64,000 nt of DNA. It comes from an uncultured delta proteobacterium. GTDB lineage: Bacteria; Desulfobacterota; Desulfuromonadia; Geobacterales; DSM-12255. The translations under genes were made by a program, and so were the position numbers. Below the pieces are notes generated by a model that was given only the letters and a program-made list of their open reading frames with translations, ran no database searches and was not told where the DNA came from. Shown piece by piece: positions 1 through 10,320 of the stretch. The DNA lies in assembly GCA_963787125.1 (NCBI GenBank), contig CAWBBV010000006.1, positions 96,001 to 160,000 of the forward strand. Direction: 5' to 3'. The first letter of the stretch is position 1; each line of letters starts with the position of its first letter.

Positions 1-559
1 CCACGATTTCCGAGAGGCTGAAAGAGCGGGCCAGCATGACAACCGGCACCAGGGAGAGCCCCATGGAGAGTTCGTAGGAGATAAGTTGCGCCAACCCGCG
101 AATGCTGCCGAGAAGGGCATATTTGGAATTCGACGCCCAACCGCCCAGAGCAACGCCATAAACGGCGATTGAAGAAAGTGCCATAAAGAGGAGCAGGCCG
201 ATATTGAGATCGACCACCTGCAGGGGAATCTCTCTGCCGAACAGATTAAGCGGCGCACCGAACGGTACGATCGCAAAGGTCATGATTGCGGGAATGGCGG
301 CCATTGCCGGGGCAAGGTAAAAAAGCCACTTGTCGCCGCCAGGGGGCCTGAAATCCTCTTTGGTAAGGAGCTTTATCAGGTCTGCCAGCGGCTGCAAAAG
401 GCCGAACGGACCAACACGATTCGGTCCCTTTCGATCCTGTATCCAGGCGAGCACCCGCCGCTCGGCAAAGACCAGATATGCCGCCAGGGTCAGAATCGCG
501 ATCAGGACTGTCGTGATTTTTACAAGGGTAACAACAATGGAGAGAATGTCAGTGGCCAT
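1..559 (-). CDS. nuoH: NADH-quinone oxidoreductase subunit H (runs off the left edge of the window)
   Basis: Manual translation from ATG 559: [15 protein letters not shown]...[38 protein letters not shown] (NuoH signature); overlaps the nuoG stop. Confidence 0.95.
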   Translation of the reverse strand, partial: MATDILSIVVTLVKITTVLIAILTLAAYLVFAERRVLAWIQDRKGPNRVGPFGLLQPLADLIKLLTKEDFRPPGGDKWLFYLAPAMAAIPAIMTFAIVPFGAPLNLFGREIPLQVVDLNIGLLLFMALSSIAVYGVALGGWASNSKYALLGSIRGLAQLISYELSMGLSLVPVVMLARSFSLSEIV

Positions 560-2366
560 GAGAACCTGCCCTGAATTGCTCTATCAGCTGAGAGATAACC
601 TTTCCCGCAGCTCTTGGCGCACCGCCGGGAACGTCAAGGCTGTGAACTCTTGGCGGATGCCCTGATTCAATCGTCACGGCTAAAGGGACACCCGGACCCA
701 TGACTTTTTTGAACTCCTGCGTCCGCCCCTCATTGTTGACGTAGGAGCCGTCCATCTCGACCCAGGCGGTTGTGGGGAGAACTATTTCGGCATCATCAAC
801 ATTTTGGGTCTTCTTCCAGTCGAGTGCGGCAATTATCGGAACCTTGCCTCGCAATTCCAACGGGACATCAGTCTCCACGGCAATTATCCCCCTGACCTTT
901 CCTGAGCTGAGCGCCATCTCCAGTGACACCCCCGCATGATCGCGTGAGAGAGCGGCCACGCCAAAACCGTTCGGGCCGGCAAAGAGCGGGGCAAATTTTG
1001 CCTCTGCATGCAGGATATTCTCAATTTCCGCGACACTGCTCCTGACAGTGCTGAAAATGACCACCGGGTGCTCGAATATCCCTATCGGGGCTTCTTCTAT
1101 AAAATCAATATCGACCGCTTCAATTGAAACCGCCGCTGTCTGACCAAGAGGCGCACCTTTACCGACCAGCAGCACCGGAGCCCCCCCACGCCAAGCCTGA
1201 CGAACGGCAAGGAGCATCATCGGTGCTTCATCAAGGAGATCACATTCATAGATGACGATGCAGTCGGCTTTAGTAACGTCCTCCAGCGAAGCCCTGTTCT
1301 CGGCGGGAATATCTGAAACGGCTCTGACTGCCGCTTGACAGCCCTTTTCCTCAACGAAAAAACAGAGATGGCTGGCAGAAGCTGCTTTTGCCAGCGGGGC
1401 GAGCAGTTGAGCCGCCTCCAGCGACAATCGGGAGGAAGCAACAACAGCAATACTCCCCTTGTCAAACTGACCGGCTCGCGTTACTACTGCATCAACAGCT
1501 TCGCTCCAGGACGCCTCCAGGCCTTTAATCAGGGGGGTCCGCGGTCTAAAGTACGCATTCACGATCTTCTCGGCAAAACGGCCTTTATCACAGATAAACC
1601 AACCGTTAACAGCATCATTTCTTCCCGCTTTTATTTTAAGCAGCTCCCGGTAGCGGGCGACCGGAACGATACTGCAACCGAGGGAACACTCCGGACAGAT
1701 CGAGGGTGCCATGTCGTAATCCCAGTAACGGGCTCGATAGCGGGCGGTTTTATCAGTAAAGACACCAGTGGGACAGATATCAATAAGATTGCCGGAAAAG
1801 GGTGACTGCAGCATTCCCTCCTCAAAGCGGCCAAAGTAAACCCGGGATGAGCTCCCCATAACACCGAAATCATCACCGCCGGCGAACTCCTGATAGAAGC
1901 GGACACAGCGGTAACACTGGATACAGCGATTCATCTCGTGCTCTATATAAGGGCCGAGATTCTGATTAAGGTGCGTCCGTTTTTTGCCGTCGTAGCGGCG
2001 CTGCGAATGGCCACCGGCAATGGTACAATCCTGCAGCAGGCATTCGCCCCCTTCATCGCAAACCGGACAGTCGTGGGGATGGTTGATCATCAGCCATTCG
2101 ATCACATGGCGCCGCATCTCTACCGCCTCAGGATCGTCAGTCGATATGACCATTCCCTCTTGCGCCGGCACCATACAGGACATCTGCAGCCCCTTCATCG
2201 GCCCGTCAAGCACCTTGACGGCGCAAGCCCGGCAAGAGCCCGCCTTGCCGAGCGCCGGATGCCAGCAGAAGTGCGGAATGAAAATGCCGATGGCTTTGGC
2301 CGCCTCCAGGATATTTGTCCCTTCTGCTACTTCCGTAGCAATGTTGTCAATTATCAGTTTCGGCAT
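549..2366 (-). CDS. nuoG: NADH-quinone oxidoreductase subunit G (short form, ~605 aa)
   Basis: [38 protein letters not shown] and CPECSLGC Fe-S motifs; ATG 2366 (MPKLIID) lies just after the nuoF stop. Confidence 0.93.
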   Translation of the reverse strand: MPKLIIDNIATEVAEGTNILEAAKAIGIFIPHFCWHPALGKAGSCRACAVKVLDGPMKGLQMSCMVPAQEGMVISTDDPEAVEMRRHVIEWLMINHPHDCPVCDEGGECLLQDCTIAGGHSQRRYDGKKRTHLNQNLGPYIEHEMNRCIQCYRCVRFYQEFAGGDDFGVMGSSSRVYFGRFEEGMLQSPFSGNLIDICPTGVFTDKTARYRARYWDYDMAPSICPECSLGCSIVPVARYRELLKIKAGRNDAVNGWFICDKGRFAEKIVNAYFRPRTPLIKGLEASWSEAVDAVVTRAGQFDKGSIAVVASSRLSLEAAQLLAPLAKAASASHLCFFVEEKGCQAAVRAVSDIPAENRASLEDVTKADCIVIYECDLLDEAPMMLLAVRQAWRGGAPVLLVGKGAPLGQTAAVSIEAVDIDFIEEAPIGIFEHPVVIFSTVRSSVAEIENILHAEAKFAPLFAGPNGFGVAALSRDHAGVSLEMALSSGKVRGIIAVETDVPLELRGKVPIIAALDWKKTQNVDDAEIVLPTTAWVEMDGSYVNNEGRTQEFKKVMGPGVPLAVTIESGHPPRVHSLDVPGGAPRAAGKVISQLIEQFRAGSHGH

Positions 2367-2368
2367 AA

Positions 2369-3637
2369 TCAGCTCTTTGCAAACGGGCATTTCCCGCTGG
2401 TGACATGCTCCCGCACCTCATCTTCAAAATGGCGCAGAAGACCTTCTACCGGCCCCATAGCGCCGGGAGCAAGGGCGCAGAAAGCATAGTTAAGATATTT
2501 GATATGTTCCCGCAATATCTCCATATCGCCCAGCTCTCCCCTGCCGCTCTCTAACTTTTCCAGAAGATGAACCACAAAAGGGAGTCCTTCGCGGCAGGGG
2601 GTACACCAGCCGCACGATTCTCTGGCATAGAAGCGTACCAGATTGAGGGTGGCTGCCACCATGCAGGTATTCTGATCGAAGACGACCACTCCGCCGGTAC
2701 CGAGCCTGGAACCGGCAGCAGCAACCGTATCAAAATCCATCGGCAGGCTAAAGTGCTCAGAGGTCAGATAAGGGGTGGATGCCCCGCCCGGCAGGCACGC
2801 CTTGAAGCGGGTTCCCGGTCTCATGCCGCCGCAATGCCTGTCGATTATCTCGCCCAGTTCGACCCCCAAAGGGAGCTCGATACAGGACGGTTTGGCAACA
2901 TGACCGCTGACACAAAAAAGCTTGGTCCCGGCAGCGCCGGGACAGTTGCCAAGAGACTTGAACCACTCGGCCCCCTTCAGAACAATAGCCGGAATATTCG
3001 CCAGGCTCTCCACATTATTGACAACAGTCGGCCCGCCCCAGAGCCCCTTTATTGCAGGGAACGGCGGCTTGGCGCGGGGATTCGGCCGTCGCCCCTCCAG
3101 GGCGTTCATCAGGGCGGTCTCTTCACCGCAGATATATCTTCCGGCAGAGATATGAACATCGATATCGCAATCAAAACCGCTGCCACAGATATTTTGCCCC
3201 ATCAGTCCGGCAGCTTTCAATTCAGCAATCCCCTGGCTGAGGTTGGCGGCCGCCTGTTCGTAGCCACGGCGGATGAAGATAAAGGCGTGGCGCACGCCGA
3301 TGGCAAAACAGGCCAGGAGCATCCCTTCAAGCAGTGAATAAGGGTTGGCTTCAAGAAGTATCCGGTCTTTGTAAGTGCCCGGTTCCATTTCGTCACAATT
3401 ACAGATGAGCCAGCGCGGCCCGGGCAGGTTGCGCGGGACGAACGACCACTTCTTGCCGGTCGGAAAACCGGCGCCGCCACGGCCACGCAGATTGGAATCG
3501 ATCACAACCTGCTGGACACCATCCGGCGACATCTCCCCGAGCGCCTGCTTAAGAGCAGAGAAGCCGTCTCCAGCCAGATACTCTTGAAAAGCGACGACCC
3601 TGCCGGGACGGTTATGCCTGAAAAGCAGCTGCTCCAT
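2369..3637 (-). CDS. nuoF: NADH-quinone oxidoreductase subunit F
   Basis: LRGRGGAGFPTGKKW, DEMEPGT, YICGEETAL, ESCGWCTPCREG. Confidence 0.97.
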   Translation of the reverse strand: MEQLLFRHNRPGRVVAFQEYLAGDGFSALKQALGEMSPDGVQQVVIDSNLRGRGGAGFPTGKKWSFVPRNLPGPRWLICNCDEMEPGTYKDRILLEANPYSLLEGMLLACFAIGVRHAFIFIRRGYEQAAANLSQGIAELKAAGLMGQNICGSGFDCDIDVHISAGRYICGEETALMNALEGRRPNPRAKPPFPAIKGLWGGPTVVNNVESLANIPAIVLKGAEWFKSLGNCPGAAGTKLFCVSGHVAKPSCIELPLGVELGEIIDRHCGGMRPGTRFKACLPGGASTPYLTSEHFSLPMDFDTVAAAGSRLGTGGVVVFDQNTCMVAATLNLVRFYARESCGWCTPCREGLPFVVHLLEKLESGRGELGDMEILREHIKYLNYAFCALAPGAMGPVEGLLRHFEDEVREHVTSGKCPFAKS

Positions 3638-3640
3638 CTA

Positions 3641-4123
3641 TCAAGCACCCCCCGCTAATGCCCGCTCAGCCTCAATAGCCTTTAAAGCCGTCTCCATGGT
3701 CAGGTTTCCGTACATAGTATCACCAATCATCATGGCCGGTGACTCACCGCAGTTGCCAAGACAGCAGCACGGCAGCAGCGTAAAGATGCCATCAAGAGTG
3801 GTATTGCCGACATCAATGCCGAGATTCTTGGCAACATGGTTCATAAGAGCTTCACCCCCCAACGACCAGCAGGAGATGGAATCACAGAGATGAATGACTT
3901 TTTTCCCGACCGGGCGGCGATAAATCATTTCGTAAAAAGTAGCCAGCTCTTCCACCTGAATAGGGGAGAGCCCCAGAATTTCCGCAGCATCAAAGACAGC
4001 CTCATCAGTCAACCAGCCGTAGTGAGCCTGCAGAGTCTTCATCACATCCACAGCCGCCTCGCGATGGGTGATGGCCGCGGCAACTCTCTGTTTCAATGCA
4101 GATTTCAGTATTTCAGGAATCAT
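3641..4123 (-). CDS. nuoE: NADH-quinone oxidoreductase subunit E
   Basis: ATFYEM, CDSISC...CLGNC 2Fe-2S motif; ATG 4123 (MIPEIL) follows the nuoBCD stop. Confidence 0.93.
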   Translation of the reverse strand: MIPEILKSALKQRVAAAITHREAAVDVMKTLQAHYGWLTDEAVFDAAEILGLSPIQVEELATFYEMIYRRPVGKKVIHLCDSISCWSLGGEALMNHVAKNLGIDVGNTTLDGIFTLLPCCCLGNCGESPAMMIGDTMYGNLTMETALKAIEAERALAGGA

Positions 4124-4127
4124 AGTT

Positions 4128-6503
4128 TTACCTGTCCAAATCAGCCAACACAAAATCTATCGACCCGAGTATCGCCAGAAAATCCCCCAGCAGCCACCCT
4201 CTGCTCATGATCGGCAGCGCCTGGATATGCGGAAAGCTCGGAGTCTTTATCCGCAACCGGTACGGGCTGTTCAGTCCATCAGAGACTATGAAATAGCCGT
4301 TCTCACCCTTTGGCGCCTCGATTGCCGAATAATTCTCGCCTACAGGTGGGCTCATACCACGGGTGGTATTGACAAAGTGATGGATCAAAGACTCAATATC
4401 ATTGAGCGCAGCTCTTTTTTGCGGCAGGACGAAACGACCATCTTCGGTCATCCAGCGCCCTGCCGGCATATTATGCAGGCACTGCCTGACTATCTGCAGC
4501 GACTGGTCGATCTCGGCCATGCGCACCTGATAACGTGCCAGGCAGTCACCACCCTCTGCAGTAGGAATATCGAACTCAAAGCGCTCATAACCGCAGTAAG
4601 GGATCTTCCTTCTCAGATCCCACTCGACCCCGCAGGCGCGCAGATTAGGCCCGGAAAGCCCCCACGCAAAAGCATCCTCTTTGGAGATTATCCCGACACC
4701 CTTCAGGCGGGCAATAAGGATCGGATTTTTATCGAGCAGATCATGATACTCCTTCAGCCTTGGCGGCAGCCACTCCAGCAACGACTTGACCGATTCTTCC
4801 CACCCCTGGGGAAGATCGTCCGCCACCCCGCCAATCCTGAACCAGGCCGGGTGCATCCTGCCGCCGGTAATCAGCTCGACTATATCAAATATCTTCTCAC
4901 GATCGGTAAACGTGTAGAAAACCGGGGTCATGGCACCGATATCAGCTGTAAAGGTACCGAGCCAGACAAGATGACTGGCAATCCGGAATAGTTCGGCCAG
5001 CATGACCCTGATAACCTCTGCCCGCTCCGGCACTTTGATACTGCAGAGTTTTTCCACTGAATTGACATAGGCAAGGTTGTTCTGCACCCCGGCAAGGTAG
5101 TCGATTCTGTCCGTATAGGGGATGAACTGGTGCCAGTTCTGCCGCTCGGCAATCTTCTCCGCCCCCCGGTGATGATAGCCGATATCAAAGTCGATATCCG
5201 TTATCTCTTCGCCGGAAAGCTTGAGGATACAGCGGATTATGCCGTGGGTGCCGGGGTGTTGTGGGCCAAGATTGAGAATCAAAGTCTCGTCTGAAGAGTC
5301 TTCAAAAAATGCTTCTGCCGGGAGCGCATCGTGTTTTCTGGCATCAGCAGTCGTATATGGCGGCATCTCCGTGGCTCTGAACGGGTGCTCCTTGCGCAGC
5401 GGATGGCCTTGCCAATCATGGGGCATCAGTATCCGGCGCAGATTTTTGTGGCCGTCGAATTTTATGCCGTACATATCGTAAACTTCACGCTCATACCAGG
5501 AGGCAGCAGGGAAAACAGCGGTTATGGATGGTTGCGTCGGGAACGTTCCAGCCAAATCAATTTTCAGTCTGAGATGACCGGGCAGATCGAAATTGAGCAG
5601 ATGATAATTGAGGGTAAAATCGCTGAATTCTTCCCGCTTGAGGCGACAGGAATTATCAACCGCGACAATATCCTCTAAGCGCTTGAAGGGCGCTTTTGGG
5701 CGATTTTTCAGGTGCCTGGTCACGTCAGGCAATAGCTCTGGCGGTAATCGGTAAGTGAGCATATCTGTTGCCACCGGATCGCGGCTGATCTGTTCACCGA
5801 AAAGCTGCTCAAGTTCTCCGCCAAGGCCAAACTCTTCGTAATCGTGTCGCTTGGCAACCGGACGCCACTGCTGGTCAGAACGAGGCTGCCAGGGTGATGG
5901 ATGGCCGACAGAAACACCGCGGATCGAGGTCCCTTGCATGCCGGTACCACGGGGGTCGCAACTTTTGTCAATGCCGTCAATCAGCACCCTGGTTGTCGTC
6001 CCTTGAGAACCACCGGGAAGATGCAGGACTGGCCTTGCCGGACGTTCATTGGTGCGGATCTTCTCCTGGAGCAGCATCAGCCCCTGCATAAAAGCTTCCG
6101 GCCTGGGCGGACAGCCGGGTATATAGACATCAACCGGGATAATCTGGTTCACACCCTGGACAACGCTGTAGACATCGTACATCCCGCCGGAATTGGCGCA
6201 GCTCCCCATGGCCATGACCCATTTGGGCTCTGCCATCTGCTCATAAAGACGGAGAATCGATGGCGCCATCTTCCGGAAGACCGTGCCGGCAATGACCATC
6301 AAATCGGCTTCCCGGGGGGTGCCACGGAGCACCTCGGCACCAAACCGGGAAACATCGTAGCGGGAGGTAAATGAAGTCATCATCTCGACAAAGCAGCAGG
6401 AAAGGCCGAAGAACATCGGCCAGAGAGAGTTGGCACGCCCCCAGTTGATCAGGTCGTCAAGATTGGTGAGAAGAATATTGTCGGTGGTCTGGTCGTCAGT
6501 CAT
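4128..6503 (-). CDS. nuoBCD: Fused NADH-quinone oxidoreductase subunit B/C/D
   Basis: Nuo[10 protein letters not shown] and IPGCPPRP; Nuo[18 protein letters not shown]; Nuo[21 protein letters not shown] and C-terminal DFVLADLDR, all in one 791-aa ORF. Confidence 0.95.
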   Translation of the reverse strand: MTDDQTTDNILLTNLDDLINWGRANSLWPMFFGLSCCFVEMMTSFTSRYDVSRFGAEVLRGTPREADLMVIAGTVFRKMAPSILRLYEQMAEPKWVMAMGSCANSGGMYDVYSVVQGVNQIIPVDVYIPGCPPRPEAFMQGLMLLQEKIRTNERPARPVLHLPGGSQGTTTRVLIDGIDKSCDPRGTGMQGTSIRGVSVGHPSPWQPRSDQQWRPVAKRHDYEEFGLGGELEQLFGEQISRDPVATDMLTYRLPPELLPDVTRHLKNRPKAPFKRLEDIVAVDNSCRLKREEFSDFTLNYHLLNFDLPGHLRLKIDLAGTFPTQPSITAVFPAASWYEREVYDMYGIKFDGHKNLRRILMPHDWQGHPLRKEHPFRATEMPPYTTADARKHDALPAEAFFEDSSDETLILNLGPQHPGTHGIIRCILKLSGEEITDIDFDIGYHHRGAEKIAERQNWHQFIPYTDRIDYLAGVQNNLAYVNSVEKLCSIKVPERAEVIRVMLAELFRIASHLVWLGTFTADIGAMTPVFYTFTDREKIFDIVELITGGRMHPAWFRIGGVADDLPQGWEESVKSLLEWLPPRLKEYHDLLDKNPILIARLKGVGIISKEDAFAWGLSGPNLRACGVEWDLRRKIPYCGYERFEFDIPTAEGGDCLARYQVRMAEIDQSLQIVRQCLHNMPAGRWMTEDGRFVLPQKRAALNDIESLIHHFVNTTRGMSPPVGENYSAIEAPKGENGYFIVSDGLNSPYRLRIKTPSFPHIQALPIMSRGWLLGDFLAILGSIDFVLADLDR

Positions 6504-6509
6504 AGAGCC

Positions 6510-6899
6510 TCAAAAGTCACGTCTTTTAACTCTGGAAGGCCCCCATTCAAGCCCTCCTTTAAGCCATATCCAGACCAGACCGCACAAAAGAGCGACAATA
6601 AAGAACGTTATATGGACCAGTCCGGCAAAACCGAGCTCTTTCCAAACGACTGCCCAGGTGAAGATGAACGCGGACTCCACATCAAAGACGATAAAAAATA
6701 TTGCAATGAGATAAAAAGGGACCGGAGTGGCAAGTCGGGCCGAACCGCTGGGAATAATGCCTGATTCGTAGGGGAGATTCTTGTTGTTGCTTGCACCGCC
6801 ACTTCCTAAAAAAGCGGCAGCCAAAAGCAACCCGACCACAATAATAACTGTGAGAGCAGTATAAATGATGAATGGATAAAGCTGGGTGAGAATACCCAT
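6510..6899 (-). CDS. nuoA: NADH-quinone oxidoreductase subunit A
   Basis: PYESG, FYLIAIFFIVFDVE, KGGLEW; three hydrophobic segments. Confidence 0.95.
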   Translation of the reverse strand: MGILTQLYPFIIYTALTVIIVVGLLLAAAFLGSGGASNNKNLPYESGIIPSGSARLATPVPFYLIAIFFIVFDVESAFIFTWAVVWKELGFAGLVHITFFIVALLCGLVWIWLKGGLEWGPSRVKRRDF

Positions 6900-6943
6900 G
6901 CCACCTGGCTCCTTTAATGACTCTATGTGTATGACAAATTAGA

Positions 6944-6974
6944 GTAACGTTACAGCAGATACGCTGATTGTCAA
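6944..6974 (-). promoter_or_regulatory. Putative sigma70 promoter of the nuo operon with a palindrome over the -10
   Basis: Minus strand TTGACA (6974-6969), 16 nt, TAACGT (6952-6947); perfect palindrome GTAACGTTAC at 6944-6953. Confidence 0.5.
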
Positions 6975-6986
6975 TGTCATGCTGGC

Positions 6987-8621
6987 TTAACCCATCCTCA
7001 CTATCCTGTCGACGATCGTGAGCGGCGCAGGCCTGTGAGTTATCAAAAGAAGACTCTTCCCTTTGAGCCTCTGATCGAGCCGCTTGAGAATCTTCAGTTC
7101 CGTAGCCGCATCGAGTCCTTCAGTCGGTTCATCGAGGATATACAGCGGCACATCCTTCAAAAGAGCCCTCGCCAAGGCGACCCGGCGCGCCTCGCCGCCG
7201 GAGATTTCGCTTCCGCCCTCCCCTACACTGGTGTCAAGGCCATCAGGCAGTCCTGATAACCACTCATCGAGTGCGGCAGCATGAATTACAGCGGCAATCT
7301 CGGTTGGGGTCGCATTCGGATAGGCAACGGTAATATTCTCCCTGACAGTGGAGTTGAAGATGTGCGGCTCTTGGGGAAGTGCCGAGATAAGGGCACGCAG
7401 TTCGTTGGAACAGAGCTCGTTCAACTCGATCCCGCCGATTGTGATACTCCCTTCATAGTCACGAAACCGGAGCAGGAGTTCGGCAATAGTACTCTTGCCG
7501 ACGCCGCTCTTACCGGTAAGGGCGACTCTTTCGCCAGCGGAAATATCAAGATCAAACTCAGTTAAAACCGGATTATCGCCATAGTTAAATCTGACATTAC
7601 GACACGCTATGGAAAAATCGGCGGGCGCTTTAATCGGCATCAATGGCTCCGGCACAGGGAGCTCAGCAGCAGCGAGTTCGACAATTCGCCGGGCAGACTC
7701 GGCAGCCCCCGGGTACTGCAGCATGGCAGCAGCCATCCCGCCAGCGGCCTCAAAAGCAGCTGCAGAAAAAAGCAGCAACATGACCAGACTCGCTCCCTGA
7801 ATCTCACCGGAAAGAACCGAAAAGGATGCACAGAGAAGAACAGCCACAACTCCTCCTCCGGCAGACAGCAGGCTTGCGGAGGAGACAAGAGCACTTTTAT
7901 GGGCAAGACTTTTCTGCTCCATTATCAGGCTGGCAGAAAGCGCTTCAACTTTTTTAACTTGCAGCTCTACAGCTCCGAGAAGAATGAGTTCATCGCCGCC
8001 AATTATGCCGTCGGTAACGGCTCTGCGGAGCTCACCGGTCAGTGCCGCCGCATTTTTGCCATGCGGTGCTGCCAGCCGTCCTGCCAAGAGCGGCAGGAAC
8101 AATCCCGAAATTGTCAGGAAGAATAGGAGCATAGCTGCGGCTGAAGCGCTCCAAAAGCTGACAAACAGAGTTGCAGCAATAATTGCAAACGCTCCGGCAG
8201 CAAGCGGAGCGATGACTCTGATGTAGAGATTTTCAAGGGAATCAATATCGCCGCGCAGCCTTGCCGCAAGTTCACCGCTGGAGTATCTCTCCAGCAGCCC
8301 TGGAGAGAGCGGGGCGAATTTCAGAAAAAGCCAGACGCGCAGTTCCGAAAGAAGTCGCAGAGCGGCTCCATGAGTTATCAGCCTCTCCAGATAGCGCCCG
8401 ACCGTTCGGCTGATGGCAAGCAGCCTGATAGCGGCGGAAGGGATAAAATAATTAAAGGAAACCTTGGTAACTCCGGCAACAGCCATAGAGGCAATGAACC
8501 AGCCGGAAACTGCCATCAACAGGGAGTTGGCAGCAATGACAGTTACGCCGGCAATGATTCCGAGCAGCAACCAGCCCCACTGACTCCTGGCAACGGTCAA
8601 AATCAGAAGAATGTCACGCAT
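6987..8621 (-). CDS. cydC: Thiol reductant/heme ABC exporter subunit CydC
   Basis: LMAVSGWFI, AIRLLAISRTVGRYLERLITH (CydC signature), Walker A GKSGVGKS, ISGGEARR; ATG 8621 overlaps the cydD stop. Confidence 0.92.
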   Translation of the reverse strand: MRDILLILTVARSQWGWLLLGIIAGVTVIAANSLLMAVSGWFIASMAVAGVTKVSFNYFIPSAAIRLLAISRTVGRYLERLITHGAALRLLSELRVWLFLKFAPLSPGLLERYSSGELAARLRGDIDSLENLYIRVIAPLAAGAFAIIAATLFVSFWSASAAAMLLFFLTISGLFLPLLAGRLAAPHGKNAAALTGELRRAVTDGIIGGDELILLGAVELQVKKVEALSASLIMEQKSLAHKSALVSSASLLSAGGGVVAVLLCASFSVLSGEIQGASLVMLLLFSAAAFEAAGGMAAAMLQYPGAAESARRIVELAAAELPVPEPLMPIKAPADFSIACRNVRFNYGDNPVLTEFDLDISAGERVALTGKSGVGKSTIAELLLRFRDYEGSITIGGIELNELCSNELRALISALPQEPHIFNSTVRENITVAYPNATPTEIAAVIHAAALDEWLSGLPDGLDTSVGEGGSEISGGEARRVALARALLKDVPLYILDEPTEGLDAATELKILKRLDQRLKGKSLLLITHRPAPLTIVDRIVRMG

Positions 8622-10308
8622 AAGAAACTCCGGCAGTTGCAATCCTGCCGTCACTAATCGAAACGACTTTGTCTGCCCAGCTGACCGTATCCTCACGATG
8701 ACTTATGATAAGAACGGTTCGTTCCCTGGCCAGAGCCCGCAGCGCGGCACAGACAAGCCGCTCGTTCTCGCTGTCAAGACCGGCAGTCGGCTCATCAAGG
8801 ATAATCAGATCAGGGTTACGTAAAAAAACACGTGCCAGGGCAAGCCGACGGAGCTCACCGCCGGAAAGTCCGGCGCCGCAGTCACCCAGCGCTGAGTTCA
8901 GTAATTCAGGAAGCTGTTCCACAAACGCCAACGCTGAAGCAGAACGCAGCGCCGCAAAAAGTTCGTCATCACTGCAGCCGGTAAGACCAACCGCTAGATT
9001 CTCCCTGATTGTGCCGGCAAAAAAGAAAGGTGCTTGCGGAACCATGGCTATCCGGCTTTGCCAGAGCTTCGGCTCGATTTTAGATAACTCGATCCCGTTG
9101 ACGACTATCCGTCCTTCATGTGGGTGGGTTAAAGAGAGAAGCAGCCCGGCAAGAGTCGACTTACCGGCGCCGCTGGCACCGACAAGCGCTGTGATCTCCC
9201 CGGAGGCAAGGTGCAGATCAACGCCTGTCACCCCTCCCCTGGCAGAGTTATAGTGAAAAGTCACCCCTTCATAAGCAATGGATAAACTTCCTGGTGGCAA
9301 CGTCTGATATTCGGGTAAAGCCTGGAGATGCTCAGCATCTGACAGCAATGGAAATATCCGCTCGGCAGCAGCTATCCCCTGCATTCTTGCATGATAAGAG
9401 AGACCAAGCGTCCGAAGGGGCAGATAGAACTCAGGTGCAAGCAGGAGGATGAACAGACCATCTACCAACTGCAGCCTGCCGCTTAACAGACAAAATCCGG
9501 TGATCACCGCGACGACCGCCGTCCCGACGGTTGAAAAAAATTCGAGGGTAAATGCTGAGAGAAAGGCAACCCTGAGAACTGCCATAGTCGAATGGCGATA
9601 CTCTTCCGACACGAAAGCGACGGCATCAGCCTCCCGCTTCACTGCCGAGCAGATTCTAAGATCCGGAAGGCCTTTGACAAGGTCAAGCAGATGTCCGGAC
9701 ATTCTTGACAGCTTAACCCATTGGCGCCGGTTAAGGCTCTGGGTACCTTTACCGACCAGAATCATGAGAAGGGGAATGAAGGGCGCTGAAAAAAGGAGTA
9801 CCAGCGAGACTCTCCACTCGACTGGAATTACGAAAAAAAGAATCAGTGGCGGCAGGCTGGCTGCCAGGGCAAGATGAGGTAGAAATCTGGTGAAGTAGGA
9901 TTCCAGCGAATCCACGCCTAAAGTAACAGCTTCAACAAGAGAGGGAGTATCCGCACCACGTCCGGCAGTCCCGGCGGCAAGAATCCGGCGACAGAGTCTG
10001 CTTCTGACATCCTGCTTCAGAGTTGCCGCAGCAGCGGCGACATTCTTTTCAGAAACATAGAAGAGCGCGCTTCTTGAGAGCGCCAGGAGGATCAAAGTTG
10101 CAGCGAGAGGGATAAGCGGTTCCATTGCTGATTTTTCGATGACAATCAGCTGACAGGCTGCTGCAAGGGCTCGTGCCTGTAAGACTGTCAGCAGACCGGC
10201 CAAAGCTGCCAGCAGAAAGGAAAAAAGCAGGGGGCCCTTCAGAGCTGCGGCTTGTTTGACCAGCCATCGCTCTAAAGTTCGGTCATCAACAGGCTGAGCG
10301 CTATTCAT
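8614..10308 (-). CDS. cydD: Thiol reductant/heme ABC exporter subunit CydD
   Basis: TMAVLRVAFLSAFTLEFF and LLLAPEFYLPLRTLGLSYHAR (CydD signatures); GASGAGKS; LSGGE. Confidence 0.92.
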   Translation of the reverse strand: MNSAQPVDDRTLERWLVKQAAALKGPLLFSFLLAALAGLLTVLQARALAAACQLIVIEKSAMEPLIPLAATLILLALSRSALFYVSEKNVAAAAATLKQDVRSRLCRRILAAGTAGRGADTPSLVEAVTLGVDSLESYFTRFLPHLALAASLPPLILFFVIPVEWRVSLVLLFSAPFIPLLMILVGKGTQSLNRRQWVKLSRMSGHLLDLVKGLPDLRICSAVKREADAVAFVSEEYRHSTMAVLRVAFLSAFTLEFFSTVGTAVVAVITGFCLLSGRLQLVDGLFILLLAPEFYLPLRTLGLSYHARMQGIAAAERIFPLLSDAEHLQALPEYQTLPPGSLSIAYEGVTFHYNSARGGVTGVDLHLASGEITALVGASGAGKSTLAGLLLSLTHPHEGRIVVNGIELSKIEPKLWQSRIAMVPQAPFFFAGTIRENLAVGLTGCSDDELFAALRSASALAFVEQLPELLNSALGDCGAGLSGGELRRLALARVFLRNPDLIILDEPTAGLDSENERLVCAALRALARERTVLIISHREDTVSWADKVVSISDGRIATAGVSYA

Positions 10309-10320
10309 AATAGCTACTAT

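Noticed and set aside
1181..1187. C7 run in nuoG
   Set aside because: In frame, encodes Gly-Gly in a GC-rich housekeeping gene
2567..4991. Long plus-strand ORFs (2567-3337, 4068-4991) and similar shadow ORFs across the window
   Set aside because: Antisense to well-supported genes with no recognisable motifs; expected from codon bias
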